The notes: generated from the sequence alone by a model not told the origin. DNA of 64,000 nucleotides from Paenibacillaceae bacterium ZCTH02-B3 (GCA_002159065.1 LZRV01000077.1:12476-76475), one strand, 5' to 3'; counted from the first letter of the stretch, positions 46,062 through 55,526 are shown. Numbers and translations are program-made.

Positions 46062-47582
46062 TCAGCCTTCCGTTCTGATCCGGATCCGCCCTTCGCTCCC
46101 GTAATCGACAGACCCTTTTTCCCGCGTCAGTTTCTTTGCATATTGAATCAAGGCGTCGGTCAGGACCCCCGCGTCTTCGTCGACGACCCTGCCTTCAAAC
46201 CGGTATCCGTCGCCGCCCGTGCCAAGGAAATCCGGCACGGCGACCCGGTAGACCCGATCCGGATCGACGGGCTGCCCGCCAATGGCAAGCTCCGCGGACC
46301 TGAACGCGCCGGACCCGTCGGTCACGATGACGTAATGCAGGCCCGACGTCTGCAGGTCGACCCGGTTTCTGCCCTGACGCGTATACGAGTATTCGATCAC
46401 GTCCCGCAGGGCTTTGCCGGTCATTTCCACGATCATCACCCGGTTCTGGAACGGCTCGATCCGATGGATGTCGCCCACGGTCATGTCGCCCGGCGCGATC
46501 TCGTTGCGGATGCCGCCGTTGTTCGTGAAGGCGATCTCCGCGTTGTACGCGTCGCGCATGGCGTCCGTCCAGAAATTGCCGACGGGGACGTCTTTTTCAT
46601 ATAATCCTTCCGCGGACAATCCGGTCGCGGTGCGGCCGATGACTTCGCTCAGGAAGGCTTCCAGTTCCTTCTTGTAGCCTTCCGCCTTATCCCGCACCGC
46701 CGCATCGGTTTCCTTGAGTTCTGCCGTCGGCTGCAGCCGGCTGTCCGCAAGTTTCGTTTGTCCGGTCGCGCGATCCAGTTCCAGCTTCACAACGCCGATG
46801 TATCGCAGATCGGCGCCGGCCCGCACGATGGGCGTGCCGTTCACCACTTCGGGACCGCCCGGCGGAGTTTCCCCGCTGCCGCTCACGATCAGGTCGAACA
46901 GGTCGAACCGCTCGGCGAGCCGGCGGTCTTCCTCATCGCCGATGTGCGTGAGCGCGATCAGGATATCCGCCTCGCCGCGCAGGCTGGCGAAACGCTCCAC
47001 GGTGGAGGCGTAATCCCGGAATTCCAGGCCGACGATCCCGCTCCGGCGCGTCTCCGGAGGCGCCTCGGTGATCCCGAGCACGCCGACCTTCACGCCGTCG
47101 AATTCAAACAGGGCATAGGGCTGCGGCTGCCTGATGGGGATCGAAGGGTCCGCCACCTCCATATTGGCGCTGAGCCACGGAAAACGGGAGTCGGCCATGT
47201 TGCGGGCGAACTGTTCCTGTCCGTAGTCAAAATCGAGATTGCCCACCGTCATGGCGTCGAGCCCGGCATCGTTCATCAGATCGATCATGGGCTTGCCTCG
47301 CAGGATGTCCACCACGGGATTGCCTTTGAACATGTCCCCCGCGTCCAGGTACAGCGCGGGACCGGCGGCCTTCGCGTCTTTGACGAAGCGGGCCAGTTGG
47401 CCCGCCGGATCGACGTTGCCGTGCATGTTCGCGGTGTGCAGGACGGTCAGGGTAAAGCGGCCGTTTTTCCCCTCCTCTTCCGGCGATGCTTCGCGGTCCT
47501 TTGGGGCGCAGGCCGCGGCCCCCGGGACTAGCAGGGTTGCGACAAGGGCGACGAGGAACCATTTTCGCGACATGCGTTTCAT
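46062..47582 (-). CDS. Bifunctional metallophosphatase/5'-nucleotidase-like lipoprotein (UshA/YfkN family)
   Basis: Signal peptide and lipobox MKRMSRKWFLVALVATLLVPGAAACA. Motifs include TVLHTANMHGNV, DAGDMFKGN and GNLDFDYG, plus a C-terminal nucleotidase domain. The start is taken at 47582. Confidence 0.8.
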   Translation of the reverse strand: MKRMSRKWFLVALVATLLVPGAAACAPKDREASPEEEGKNGRFTLTVLHTANMHGNVDPAGQLARFVKDAKAAGPALYLDAGDMFKGNPVVDILRGKPMIDLMNDAGLDAMTVGNLDFDYGQEQFARNMADSRFPWLSANMEVADPSIPIRQPQPYALFEFDGVKVGVLGITEAPPETRRSGIVGLEFRDYASTVERFASLRGEADILIALTHIGDEEDRRLAERFDLFDLIVSGSGETPPGGPEVVNGTPIVRAGADLRYIGVVKLELDRATGQTKLADSRLQPTAELKETDAAVRDKAEGYKKELEAFLSEVIGRTATGLSAEGLYEKDVPVGNFWTDAMRDAYNAEIAFTNNGGIRNEIAPGDMTVGDIHRIEPFQNRVMIVEMTGKALRDVIEYSYTRQGRNRVDLQTSGLHYVIVTDGSGAFRSAELAIGGQPVDPDRVYRVAVPDFLGTGGDGYRFEGRVVDEDAGVLTDALIQYAKKLTREKGSVDYGSEGRIRIRTEG

Positions 47583-47610
47583 CCCATCCTTTGTTTGTTT
47601 CGAGTCCGGA

Positions 47611-48750
47611 TTATCCATCGGTTTTCGTCTCATCGGCCAGCCGGCGGAATCCTTCATCGTCGGCCAATTCCTCCAGCGTGAACCGCGAGAGCGTCAGGAT
47701 GAGCCGCGCCTTCTCCTCATGGGAGAGCTTCCCGCCGGGAAACCGGCGGTTCCATTTTTCCAGCCGCCGGGCGGCTTCGACGACCAGCCCTTGCAAAATG
47801 GCGAAGGCGCCGTCGGACAGCGTTCCCCGGTACTGGTGAATCCGTCCGTCCGGACGGCAGTCCGGGTAGCGTTCCAGGCCGAGGAAACGCAGGAACCACT
47901 CCGCCCGGTATTCGCCCGCCGCGACGATGATCGCGACGAAGTCGGCAATCAGCTCGTCGAGCAGCCGGGTGCGCATCGCGCCGAGCACGCGCCGGGTGAA
48001 ATAGTGGACGGATTCGTGTTCCAGGCGGATGGCCAGCGACAGCATCCGCCATTCGTGCTCCGGAAGCCCCATTTCCGCCGCGCCGACCTTGCTGTAGGGT
48101 CCGTCGGTCACGATGGCAAAGCGGTCCAGGTACAGTTCCTTCGGGAGCTCTCCCCCTTCACCCGATGGTTCCCGCCCGTCCCGGTGCCGTTTCAGCCGGT
48201 CCCAATTGCGATAGCCGGATATCAGGCAGGCGCCCATGGTGTCGGGGATCGGTTCCGGTTCGTTTCTCCGGACCAGGGCCTGGACCAATGCGACGAAATC
48301 GCTCCGCTCGCGGACGACGATGACAGGCAGGTGTCCGGCCGGCGTCGGGTGAAAAATCAGCTCGAGGCTGTCCGGGCTTCGCAGGATGAGTCCCGTCGCT
48401 TCGGGTATGCCCCGGGGATTTGCGCCCTGGCGGGTCACCGCCTGGTAGGCGGCCGTCGAGCTCATGCCTTCCCGGACCGGAAACCGCAGCTGGACCAGCT
48501 TCTCCTTCAGCACGGGAAACACGCCGGTCCCCCGGGCTTCCTCCGCGTAGCGCCGCCAGTCGGCGACAAACGGCTCGTCGTCCAGCGGATACTTCTGCGG
48601 AGGCGGATGCGCAAACACGTTGTCATTGTAGGCAAGCAGTTCTTCCGCTACCCGCCCGGTCGCGCCGAAGCGCGCGAGCACTTCCCTTCGAAGCGTGATC
48701 GGATCCACGGCCGCCTCCGGTTTGAGAAGATTTTCGCGCGACGTGCACAT
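47611..48750 (-). CDS. Uncharacterised 379-aa protein with an HExxH motif, encoded 4 nt after lanM
   Basis: The start is taken at ATG 48750, because Met1 of the track ORF lies inside lanM. HESVH is encoded at 48004-48018 within LAIRLEHESVHYFTRRVL. I recognise no family. Confidence 0.7.
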   Translation of the reverse strand: MCTSRENLLKPEAAVDPITLRREVLARFGATGRVAEELLAYNDNVFAHPPPQKYPLDDEPFVADWRRYAEEARGTGVFPVLKEKLVQLRFPVREGMSSTAAYQAVTRQGANPRGIPEATGLILRSPDSLELIFHPTPAGHLPVIVVRERSDFVALVQALVRRNEPEPIPDTMGACLISGYRNWDRLKRHRDGREPSGEGGELPKELYLDRFAIVTDGPYSKVGAAEMGLPEHEWRMLSLAIRLEHESVHYFTRRVLGAMRTRLLDELIADFVAIIVAAGEYRAEWFLRFLGLERYPDCRPDGRIHQYRGTLSDGAFAILQGLVVEAARRLEKWNRRFPGGKLSHEEKARLILTLSRFTLEELADDEGFRRLADETKTDG

Positions 48751-48754
48751 GTTC

Positions 48755-51700
48755 CTATCGCAATACACTTTGGATTTCCGCGGGAGCCGCGCACCGCAGC
48801 AAGGTATAGCCGATCCCCGAGATCCCCTGGAAAAAGGACGGATTGAACCAGGCGCCCCCGTCGCCCCCGTGAAGCAGATAGTGCCCGTTTCTCCGCTTGC
48901 GGGCGATGACCGCCCCCGCTTTCCGCCTTGCTTCCTCCAGCAGATCCGGCCGGCCAAGCGCAAGCGATGCCTCGACGAGAAAGTCGATTTTGCCCGCGTT
49001 GCCGCAGCAGACGTGGTCGTTCATTTCCAGCGTGCACGTGCGGGCAAATTCCACCGCGTTTTCGACGTCCCGCATGAACCGCCGGCGCAAGTTCCGTTCC
49101 CCGTCTTCCCCGCTTGCTGCGGCTTCCGCCTCTGTCCCGGCTTCGACGCCTGTTCCGGTTTGCGCGCTTTTTCCGGCATTCCCGCCGTCCGCGCCGGCGG
49201 TCAGCATGGCAATGCGGGCCAATCCGACGCCGGGAGCGCCGCTGCACCAGCCCGGCATGAACGCCGCACCGCCGCCCGCCGCCTGTACGGCCTTCTCGCG
49301 CAAATCCGGCCAATTGCCATGCTTTTCGTCATACAGGCTGTTTTCATAATCCACCGCTTCCATGGCCGCGTCCCGAAACGCCCGTTCTCCCGTCGCCCGC
49401 CACAGGCGGTACAGGGCGGCGGCATAGCCGGCCGCGCCGTGACCCATCCCCGTGAGAGGTTCCGGGGCGATTCCGGTGGTCCAGACCCGGTGGCCCGACT
49501 TCGCCCGCACCCGGGATTTCAGCAAATGTTCGCCGCACCGTTTCGCCAGATCGAGGAGATCGCCGCTCTTTTCGGAGCGGTGCAGATCGAGGAGCACCAG
49601 GATGAGGCCTGCCGCCCCGCCGAGCACGTCCAGCCAGCGGTCGCCGTCGATCTGTTCCGGCCGGATCCGGCGCACAAGCCACAGGGCGGCTTCCGTCAGG
49701 CCGGGTTCTCCCAGATAATCGCCCATGACCGCCAGACCCCTGACGATGCCCGCCAGGCCGCTTCCCAGTCCCAGGGGCATCCGGTACGCCGGGAACGGAT
49801 GATCCCGGTCGTTCAGGCTTTTCAGCAAAGGATTCAAGGCCTGGAGGACCGTTTCCCGGATCGCTTCCTTCCCCGTCAGCCGGTACAGGGCGGCCATGAA
49901 CACGCCCAGGCCGGCCAGTCCGTCGTAGAAGCCGAAGCCGATCCGGCCGAGGGTCATTTTTTGGGCCTGCAAATGATACTGCCGCACGATCCACGTGAAA
50001 TCCCCGTCCGCTCCCACGATCCGCCTGGCCATGATTTCCTCGCAGATGCCGGCGGCTTCCCCGATCAGAAGTTCGTCGCCCGGATCTTCCGGTTCCGCCG
50101 GGACGCGGAATTTGTCCGGCCTCTGGTTACGAGTCCGCTCCGGCGTCCGGCCCGGCGTCGGGTCCGGCAGCCGGTCCGGGGGCTGTTCCGAAGTCCGGTC
50201 CGGGGGCCGCTCCCCCGCCGCATGGGACGGCTCCGAGGCCATGGACAGGGCCGTCCTGATGAGATCGATCTGCGCGTTTTTGTCCCGTTCGTCCATGCGC
50301 CGGATCAGGGCTTTCGCCCGGTCGAAGGCGCTTTCGAGAAAATAGCCCGGATGAAGCGTCCCGCTTCCGTCCTCGAGGGCCAGATTCCGCGCGTGCCCGT
50401 AAAAGATCGGGACGTCCCGGTTTTCCAGCGCGTCCCGCTCCGCGCAAAACACCTTCCACAGCTCCCGCAGCCCGTCGTCGGGCGCCGCGATCAGGTAGGC
50501 CGGAGCCAGGCGTTCCACTTCGAAGGAATAGAGCAGTCCGTCGCGGAGAAACCCGGGCTGGGCGGCATGGTTCAGCACATCGGCATAAACTTGCGAGTTC
50601 CGGATCAGGATGCGGAACCGGCACGTTCCGAAAGCGTCGAGCGGCGACGTTTCCCCCGCGTGTTCTCCCAGGATCCGGGGCTTCTCCCCGGCGATCCGGT
50701 CGTAAGCCCACGCGAATCCGGCCAGCAGATGCTCCTCGTAATCCCGCACATCCAGCGGCCGGCCGTCCAGAACGGGCAGATGGAGACCGCGCTCTTCCCG
50801 GCAGGTGAGCGCCCCCCAGTCCGCCGCCTTCCCCTGGGCGTTCACGTGCCAGTACGGCAGCATGCCGACGCGCAGGACCGAATCGCCAAGGGTATCGAGG
50901 GCCAGATCGGCCGCGCTTTTGCCGCTTTCCCCCAGATGGAACGGTTTCACCCGGTGCAGAAGCAGCGTTTCCAGATCGACGGGGACGGGATGGGCGCCGC
51001 TGGCGATCAGGTTTTCGAAATGAAAGTCGTTTCCGCCCAGCGCGTAGATCGTGCCGAGGAGAACACCGGCCCGGAAATAGAAGGCCGCGGCGTCCTCTGG
51101 CCGCGTGAGCGGCCTTCGCTCCACGAATTCCGCCCAGCCGTGGTCTCCCTCGTCCAGCACCCGGGGCGTCCACAGCCGGTGGGGAATTCCGTCCCGTTCC
51201 AGGAAGCGGATCCATTCGTTCCAGGCGGCGTCAATGGCCAGGCTCCTGGGCTTGTAAACGAGTCTCAGGCCGGATTCGAAGGCGAGAAGAAGAACGGTTT
51301 TGCCCCCGTTGTGGACATCGGACGCGTTCGCCTCCACCGCGGTTACCCGCCCAAGCGGCCTGCCTTCGTGAAACGCCTCTTCCAGCTTCATCTGGTCCGC
51401 CGCGAGGCGGGCGGCGAATTCCGCCAGATTCCTCTTCCATTGGCCGATCGCCTGCACCATGAACCGGGCGAGGACGGGATGCTCCGCCAGCACGTCCTTC
51501 CATTTTCCCGCCGCAAGTTCCGCCAAATACGCTTTCCATTCCGCCTGCCACTCCTCGTGGAAGAACGAGGGTCCAAGCAGGAGATGCAGCGGTTTTTTGC
51601 CGCTCATGGCCGCCAGAAAACCGGCGCGGCACGTCCGGAAACTAAGCGTTGCCAGCCGCTTGGCCAGCGCCCTGCGCATGTCCCGTACGGCGGAATCGGC

Positions 51701-52156
51701 GAACAACCGGAGTTTCTCCCCAAGCCTTCCGGCCAGCTGCTCGCAGGCATCCTCCAGAAACGGCTCCAGGGCCGGGGTCGGATCCCACAACCCTTGGCCT
51801 TCTTCCGGCGGCGAAGCGGACATCCGCTGAAGCCGCGACAAGATGCGCTCCAGTTCCCGCACCCATTCGGGAAGGGGCGTTTCCGCCTTCCAACGCACGG
51901 GGCCGAGCAGCCGTCCGGCCTCGTCCGGCGAAAGTCCGTCCAGGGCGAGGCGTTTGCGAAACGCCGTCTCTCCGCCGCTTCCGCCGGCTTTTTTCCGCCA
52001 GCGGGCAAACAGGTCCTCACGGACCCCGGGCGGCGCCTCCCCGATCTCGACGGACCCCGCCCGCGACAGTTCCAGCCGTTCTTTGAGAAACAGCGCCCTG
52101 CCGGCGATTTCGCGCCATTCGTTCTCCGTGAACACGGCCATTCTAGACACCCGCAT
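48755..52156 (-). CDS. lanM: Class II lanthipeptide synthetase LanM (dehydratase + LanC-like cyclase), ProcM-like CCG type
   Basis: 1133 aa. The dehydratase motif is GGNDFHFENLIASGAHPVPVDLETL. The cyclase motifs are GMGHGAAGY, GWCSGAPGVG and VCCGNAGKIDF. The start may be Met6 (52141). Confidence 0.9.
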   Translation of the reverse strand: MRVSRMAVFTENEWREIAGRALFLKERLELSRAGSVEIGEAPPGVREDLFARWRKKAGGSGGETAFRKRLALDGLSPDEAGRLLGPVRWKAETPLPEWVRELERILSRLQRMSASPPEEGQGLWDPTPALEPFLEDACEQLAGRLGEKLRLFADSAVRDMRRALAKRLATLSFRTCRAGFLAAMSGKKPLHLLLGPSFFHEEWQAEWKAYLAELAAGKWKDVLAEHPVLARFMVQAIGQWKRNLAEFAARLAADQMKLEEAFHEGRPLGRVTAVEANASDVHNGGKTVLLLAFESGLRLVYKPRSLAIDAAWNEWIRFLERDGIPHRLWTPRVLDEGDHGWAEFVERRPLTRPEDAAAFYFRAGVLLGTIYALGGNDFHFENLIASGAHPVPVDLETLLLHRVKPFHLGESGKSAADLALDTLGDSVLRVGMLPYWHVNAQGKAADWGALTCREERGLHLPVLDGRPLDVRDYEEHLLAGFAWAYDRIAGEKPRILGEHAGETSPLDAFGTCRFRILIRNSQVYADVLNHAAQPGFLRDGLLYSFEVERLAPAYLIAAPDDGLRELWKVFCAERDALENRDVPIFYGHARNLALEDGSGTLHPGYFLESAFDRAKALIRRMDERDKNAQIDLIRTALSMASEPSHAAGERPPDRTSEQPPDRLPDPTPGRTPERTRNQRPDKFRVPAEPEDPGDELLIGEAAGICEEIMARRIVGADGDFTWIVRQYHLQAQKMTLGRIGFGFYDGLAGLGVFMAALYRLTGKEAIRETVLQALNPLLKSLNDRDHPFPAYRMPLGLGSGLAGIVRGLAVMGDYLGEPGLTEAALWLVRRIRPEQIDGDRWLDVLGGAAGLILVLLDLHRSEKSGDLLDLAKRCGEHLLKSRVRAKSGHRVWTTGIAPEPLTGMGHGAAGYAAALYRLWRATGERAFRDAAMEAVDYENSLYDEKHGNWPDLREKAVQAAGGGAAFMPGWCSGAPGVGLARIAMLTAGADGGNAGKSAQTGTGVEAGTEAEAAASGEDGERNLRRRFMRDVENAVEFARTCTLEMNDHVCCGNAGKIDFLVEASLALGRPDLLEEARRKAGAVIARKRRNGHYLLHGGDGGAWFNPSFFQGISGIGYTLLRCAAPAEIQSVLR

Positions 52157-53294
52157 CCAGGTACTCGAACTTGCCGCCCGTCACCTTCTTCAGCACGACG
52201 AGGTCGCCGATGTCCTCCCCGTTCCGGTCGAAGGTGTGGAACCCGGCGACGCCTTCCCAGTTTTCGATGGTATGAAGGGCAGCCGCGATGTCGCGGGGGA
52301 CGATCGACCGGGCCCGGTTCATGGCCTCGGCCAGCAGGTGGACGGCGTCATACCCCTGCGCGGAATATTGGGTCGGCATGGTGCCGTAAGCCCTGTTGAA
52401 AACATCGATGAACGCCTTCACCTTTTCCCGCCGGCTTTCGGGGTTGAAGAAGGCGCCGATCACCATGCCTTCCGCGGCCTTCGCCCCGGCGATGCTCCAC
52501 AGGTTCGGCGTGTCCATGGCGTTCCCCGCGAACAGCGGAACCCCGATGCCGGCCGCCCGCAGCTCCGCGACGAGCTGCGCGCCCGCCGCGCCCGACTTGG
52601 CGATGAAGATCCCGTCGTACTCCAGGATCTCCCATTTGAACTTGAGCCGCTCCAGTTCCGACGGTCCGGTATAGAAGGTCAGGCGGTCCACAATGTCGAT
52701 GCCGGAACGGCCCGCGTGTTTTTCAAAGGCGTCCGCCAGCCCCTTCCCATAGGCGTCGTCGTCGTACAGGATGACCATCCGGCGGTGTCCGTTCCGGGCG
52801 GCGTAGTTGGCCACGGAGGCGGCCACCTGCTCGTCGCTGGCGATGTTGCGGAACACGAGCCGCTGCTTCTCGCTGATGAATTCGGGAGCGCTGGAAGCGG
52901 GAGACAGCATGAGGATGCCGGCCCGTTCATAGATGGAGGAAACCGGAATGGACACGTAGGAATTCCGATGCCCGATCACGGCCACCACCTGGATGTCCTC
53001 CGAGAAAGACTGGGCGATTTCCAGCCCTTTCGTCACCGAGGATTCGTCGTCCTTGATAATGACGTTCAGCTGGCGCCCCAGCACCCCGCCGTCGGCGTTG
53101 AGTTCCGACACGGCAAGGGCAACGCCTTCCAGGAACCAGTCGTTGGCGGCGGAGATGGGCCAGGCCACTCCGATCGAAATGGGACCCCTGTGGCGCTTGG
53201 CGAAGGCTTCGCGCTCTTGCGCCGTGGATGCGACCGAGCAACCGGCAACGGCCATCGCCAGCAAGAGGAGGATGGCAATCGGCAAGCGTCTCAT
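52143..53294 (-). CDS. LivJ-like (Peripla_BP_6) ligand-binding lipoprotein
   Basis: GAAAGGAGAT lies upstream of ATG 53294. Lipobox LLAMAVAGCS. Contains ISIGVAWPISAANDWFLEGVALAVSELNADGGVLGRQL. It overlaps the annotated lanM start by 14 nt. Confidence 0.85.
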   Translation of the reverse strand: MRRLPIAILLLLAMAVAGCSVASTAQEREAFAKRHRGPISIGVAWPISAANDWFLEGVALAVSELNADGGVLGRQLNVIIKDDESSVTKGLEIAQSFSEDIQVVAVIGHRNSYVSIPVSSIYERAGILMLSPASSAPEFISEKQRLVFRNIASDEQVAASVANYAARNGHRRMVILYDDDAYGKGLADAFEKHAGRSGIDIVDRLTFYTGPSELERLKFKWEILEYDGIFIAKSGAAGAQLVAELRAAGIGVPLFAGNAMDTPNLWSIAGAKAAEGMVIGAFFNPESRREKVKAFIDVFNRAYGTMPTQYSAQGYDAVHLLAEAMNRARSIVPRDIAAALHTIENWEGVAGFHTFDRNGEDIGDLVVLKKVTGGKFEYLDAGV

Positions 53295-54583
53295 GCTTTG
53301 ATCTCCTTTCCAACCCGCACGGGACGGGACGCCTTGACCGCGGAACCATTGACGAGAATGGTCGACGCGCAGGCCAAATGCACGTTCAGCATCGTCAGGA
53401 TCGGGTCGACGATGGGCGTGACCGCGAGCAGCAGCACCACCGCCGTTTCCGAAGGAAGCCCCAGCGGCGCCAGAATGATGCCGATCATCGACAGCGAGAC
53501 GAGGGCGGGAGCCCCCGCGCCCGAGAGAGCGGCCAGGATGGAAGCCAGGAGGACCGTCGCGATTTGCCCCGGGCCCAAGGGCACGCCATACAGCTGGGCC
53601 ACAAAGATCGTCCCGACGGAAAACATCGTCACCATGCTGTACCGGCAAAGGATGATGCTCAGGGGAGTCACGAAATTGACCGTTTTCTCCTCCAGCCGGT
53701 AACGCGCGCGCAGCGCCTGGAAGATGAACGGCAGCGTCGCCAGGCTGTTGCGGGTGCCGAAGGCGATGAGCAGCGGCTGTTTGAGGTCCGCCGTCGACCG
53801 CACCAACGAACGCCCGGTCAGCTTCCAGATCAGAACCGCGCTCAGGAGCAGGATGATCAGGCACGCGAGATGGATCAGGACGATGAATTTCGTCATGGCC
53901 GCCAGCAAATCCATTCCCATCGACGCGAACTGGCCGGCCATCAGGCAGAGCAGCCCGACGGGCAGTCCGTAGATGCTCCAGCCGATGATCCGCTCGAAAG
54001 CCTTGTAGATCACCTCGATGACGTCCAGGACGTCGTCCCGCTTTTTCTCGCGGACGGTACCGATGGCCACGCCGAACACCATGGCCACGAACAGCACCTG
54101 CAGGTTCTGTTCGCCGAGCAGCGATTCGAACAGGTTGGTCGGGATGATCATGGCCAGAAAATCCATCACCGTAAAGGCGCCCTGCGTTCCGGACTGGCCG
54201 CTGACCATCGCCTCTCCGCCCATGATCGCGTTTCCCAGCACTTCCCGCGCGCGCTGATCCAGGCCGGTCCCCGGATTACCGATCAGCCCCACGCCGACGC
54301 CGATGAGGCTGACCAGCAGCAGGCCGGTGGCGAAGGTCAGCACCGTCCGCTTCAGGTAACGCACCGCCTCCCGCGAAGCCATGAGCTTGCCCAGGCTGGA
54401 GATGATGGCCGTCACCATGATGGGAACGACCAGCATTTTTAAAAAGGAAAGATACAATTCCCCGACGGGGGCGATAAACAGGGCGACATTCCGATCGTAG
54501 AGCCCCAGCAGAATGCCGATCGCCATCGCGGCCAGGGACGTGCCGGGCCGCTTGAGCCATTCCAGTTTCGCCATGGGTTTCAC
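53291..54583 (-). CDS. Dicarboxylate/amino acid:cation symporter (DAACS / SDF family)
   Basis: 430 aa. Contains LYLSFLKMLVVPIMVTAIISSLGKL and TRNSLATLPF plus a SxS-type reentrant-loop region. It has 4-nt overlaps with both neighbouring genes. Confidence 0.85.
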   Translation of the reverse strand: MKPMAKLEWLKRPGTSLAAMAIGILLGLYDRNVALFIAPVGELYLSFLKMLVVPIMVTAIISSLGKLMASREAVRYLKRTVLTFATGLLLVSLIGVGVGLIGNPGTGLDQRAREVLGNAIMGGEAMVSGQSGTQGAFTVMDFLAMIIPTNLFESLLGEQNLQVLFVAMVFGVAIGTVREKKRDDVLDVIEVIYKAFERIIGWSIYGLPVGLLCLMAGQFASMGMDLLAAMTKFIVLIHLACLIILLLSAVLIWKLTGRSLVRSTADLKQPLLIAFGTRNSLATLPFIFQALRARYRLEEKTVNFVTPLSIILCRYSMVTMFSVGTIFVAQLYGVPLGPGQIATVLLASILAALSGAGAPALVSLSMIGIILAPLGLPSETAVVLLLAVTPIVDPILTMLNVHLACASTILVNGSAVKASRPVRVGKEIKA

Positions 54584-55512
54584 TCCGTCCCCCGGCCCGG
54601 TTCGCCGGGCGAATTGCCGTACCGGTCAAGCAGCTGGCCGATGTCCAGCGGCGGCAGATAGGCCAGATATTCCTTCAGCCATGCCTGCATGTGGAAGTGG
54701 CTCGGCGGAATGGCGACGGCCAGGTTGTCCTTGCGCCCTTCCAGCACGACAAATTGCAGATCCAACAGGACGTCCGGAAATTCGTTGATGTGCCGCTGGA
54801 ACTCGAACTCGTCGTAAAACGCGGCCGCGATGTCTCCCCGCCGCACGTCTTCCAGCATGCGCTCCCTCGAATCATACGGAACGACTTCCGACGCGTGGAA
54901 AATTTCCCGGGCAAATTCCATGTAGGATGTTCCCGCCATGGCGCCGATTTCCACCGGGTTGGTCCGCAGCAGTTCGATCGGGTCCGTCATCTGCCGGGTT
55001 TTCAGGGCGGCCAGCCGCATCCGGTTGACGAGCAGCGCCTGCCTCAGCGACAGATACGGTTCGCTGAACAGCACCCGCTGGGCGCGGTTCAGCGTGATGC
55101 TGATCTTCGAGACGGCCATGTCGTACCGGCCCGCGGCCACCAGATCGATGAGCTCTTCAAACGACCGCGCCGAGCGGTCGAACCGGACCTCCGCGACGCC
55201 CAATTGGCGGGCGATGTCCCGGGCCATTTCCACGTCGCTGCCGACCAGTTCTCCCCGCTCGTCCACAAAGAAAAAGGGAAAGCGGTCTTCCGCATACATG
55301 CCCACCGTCAGGTAGCCGTTTTCATGGATCCGCCGAAATTCGTCGGGCAGCGTCGGAAAATACCGGGGGTCCATCGTTTTCACGGGCTCGGGCGAGCCGT
55401 TTGGCCTCGGCGTTCCGCTTGTCTCGGGCCCGTTGCCGGCGGGAGCGCCGCATGCGCCAAGGATTGCCGACAGGACCAGTGCGGCCAGGAAGGTTTTGAA
55501 TTCCCGATTCAT
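54580..55512 (-). CDS. Amino-acid-type solute-binding lipoprotein (SBP_bac_3)
   Basis: Lipobox AILGACG followed by a Pro-rich linker. Contains YLTVGMYAEDRFPFFFVDERGELVGSDVEMARDIARQLG. Confidence 0.8.
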   Translation of the reverse strand: MNREFKTFLAALVLSAILGACGAPAGNGPETSGTPRPNGSPEPVKTMDPRYFPTLPDEFRRIHENGYLTVGMYAEDRFPFFFVDERGELVGSDVEMARDIARQLGVAEVRFDRSARSFEELIDLVAAGRYDMAVSKISITLNRAQRVLFSEPYLSLRQALLVNRMRLAALKTRQMTDPIELLRTNPVEIGAMAGTSYMEFAREIFHASEVVPYDSRERMLEDVRRGDIAAAFYDEFEFQRHINEFPDVLLDLQFVVLEGRKDNLAVAIPPSHFHMQAWLKEYLAYLPPLDIGQLLDRYGNSPGEPGRGTE

Positions 55513-55526
55513 GCGCTCCCCCTCTG

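Noticed and set aside
46062-47582. 5'-nucleotidase-like lipoprotein as a lanthipeptide tailoring enzyme
   Set aside because: It is co-directional and only 28 nt from the HExxH gene, so co-transcription is likely. I know of no mechanistic link between secreted nucleotidases and RiPP maturation. It is annotated but no functional membership is claimed.
48695-52399. 1234-aa plus-strand ORF, the longest in the track
   Set aside because: It is antisense to the LanM gene. Its sequence is Arg/Pro/Gly-rich and low-complexity, with no recognisable motifs. The minus-strand frame carries clear LanM dehydratase and LanC-like motifs. Long stop-free antisense frames are expected in GC-rich DNA.
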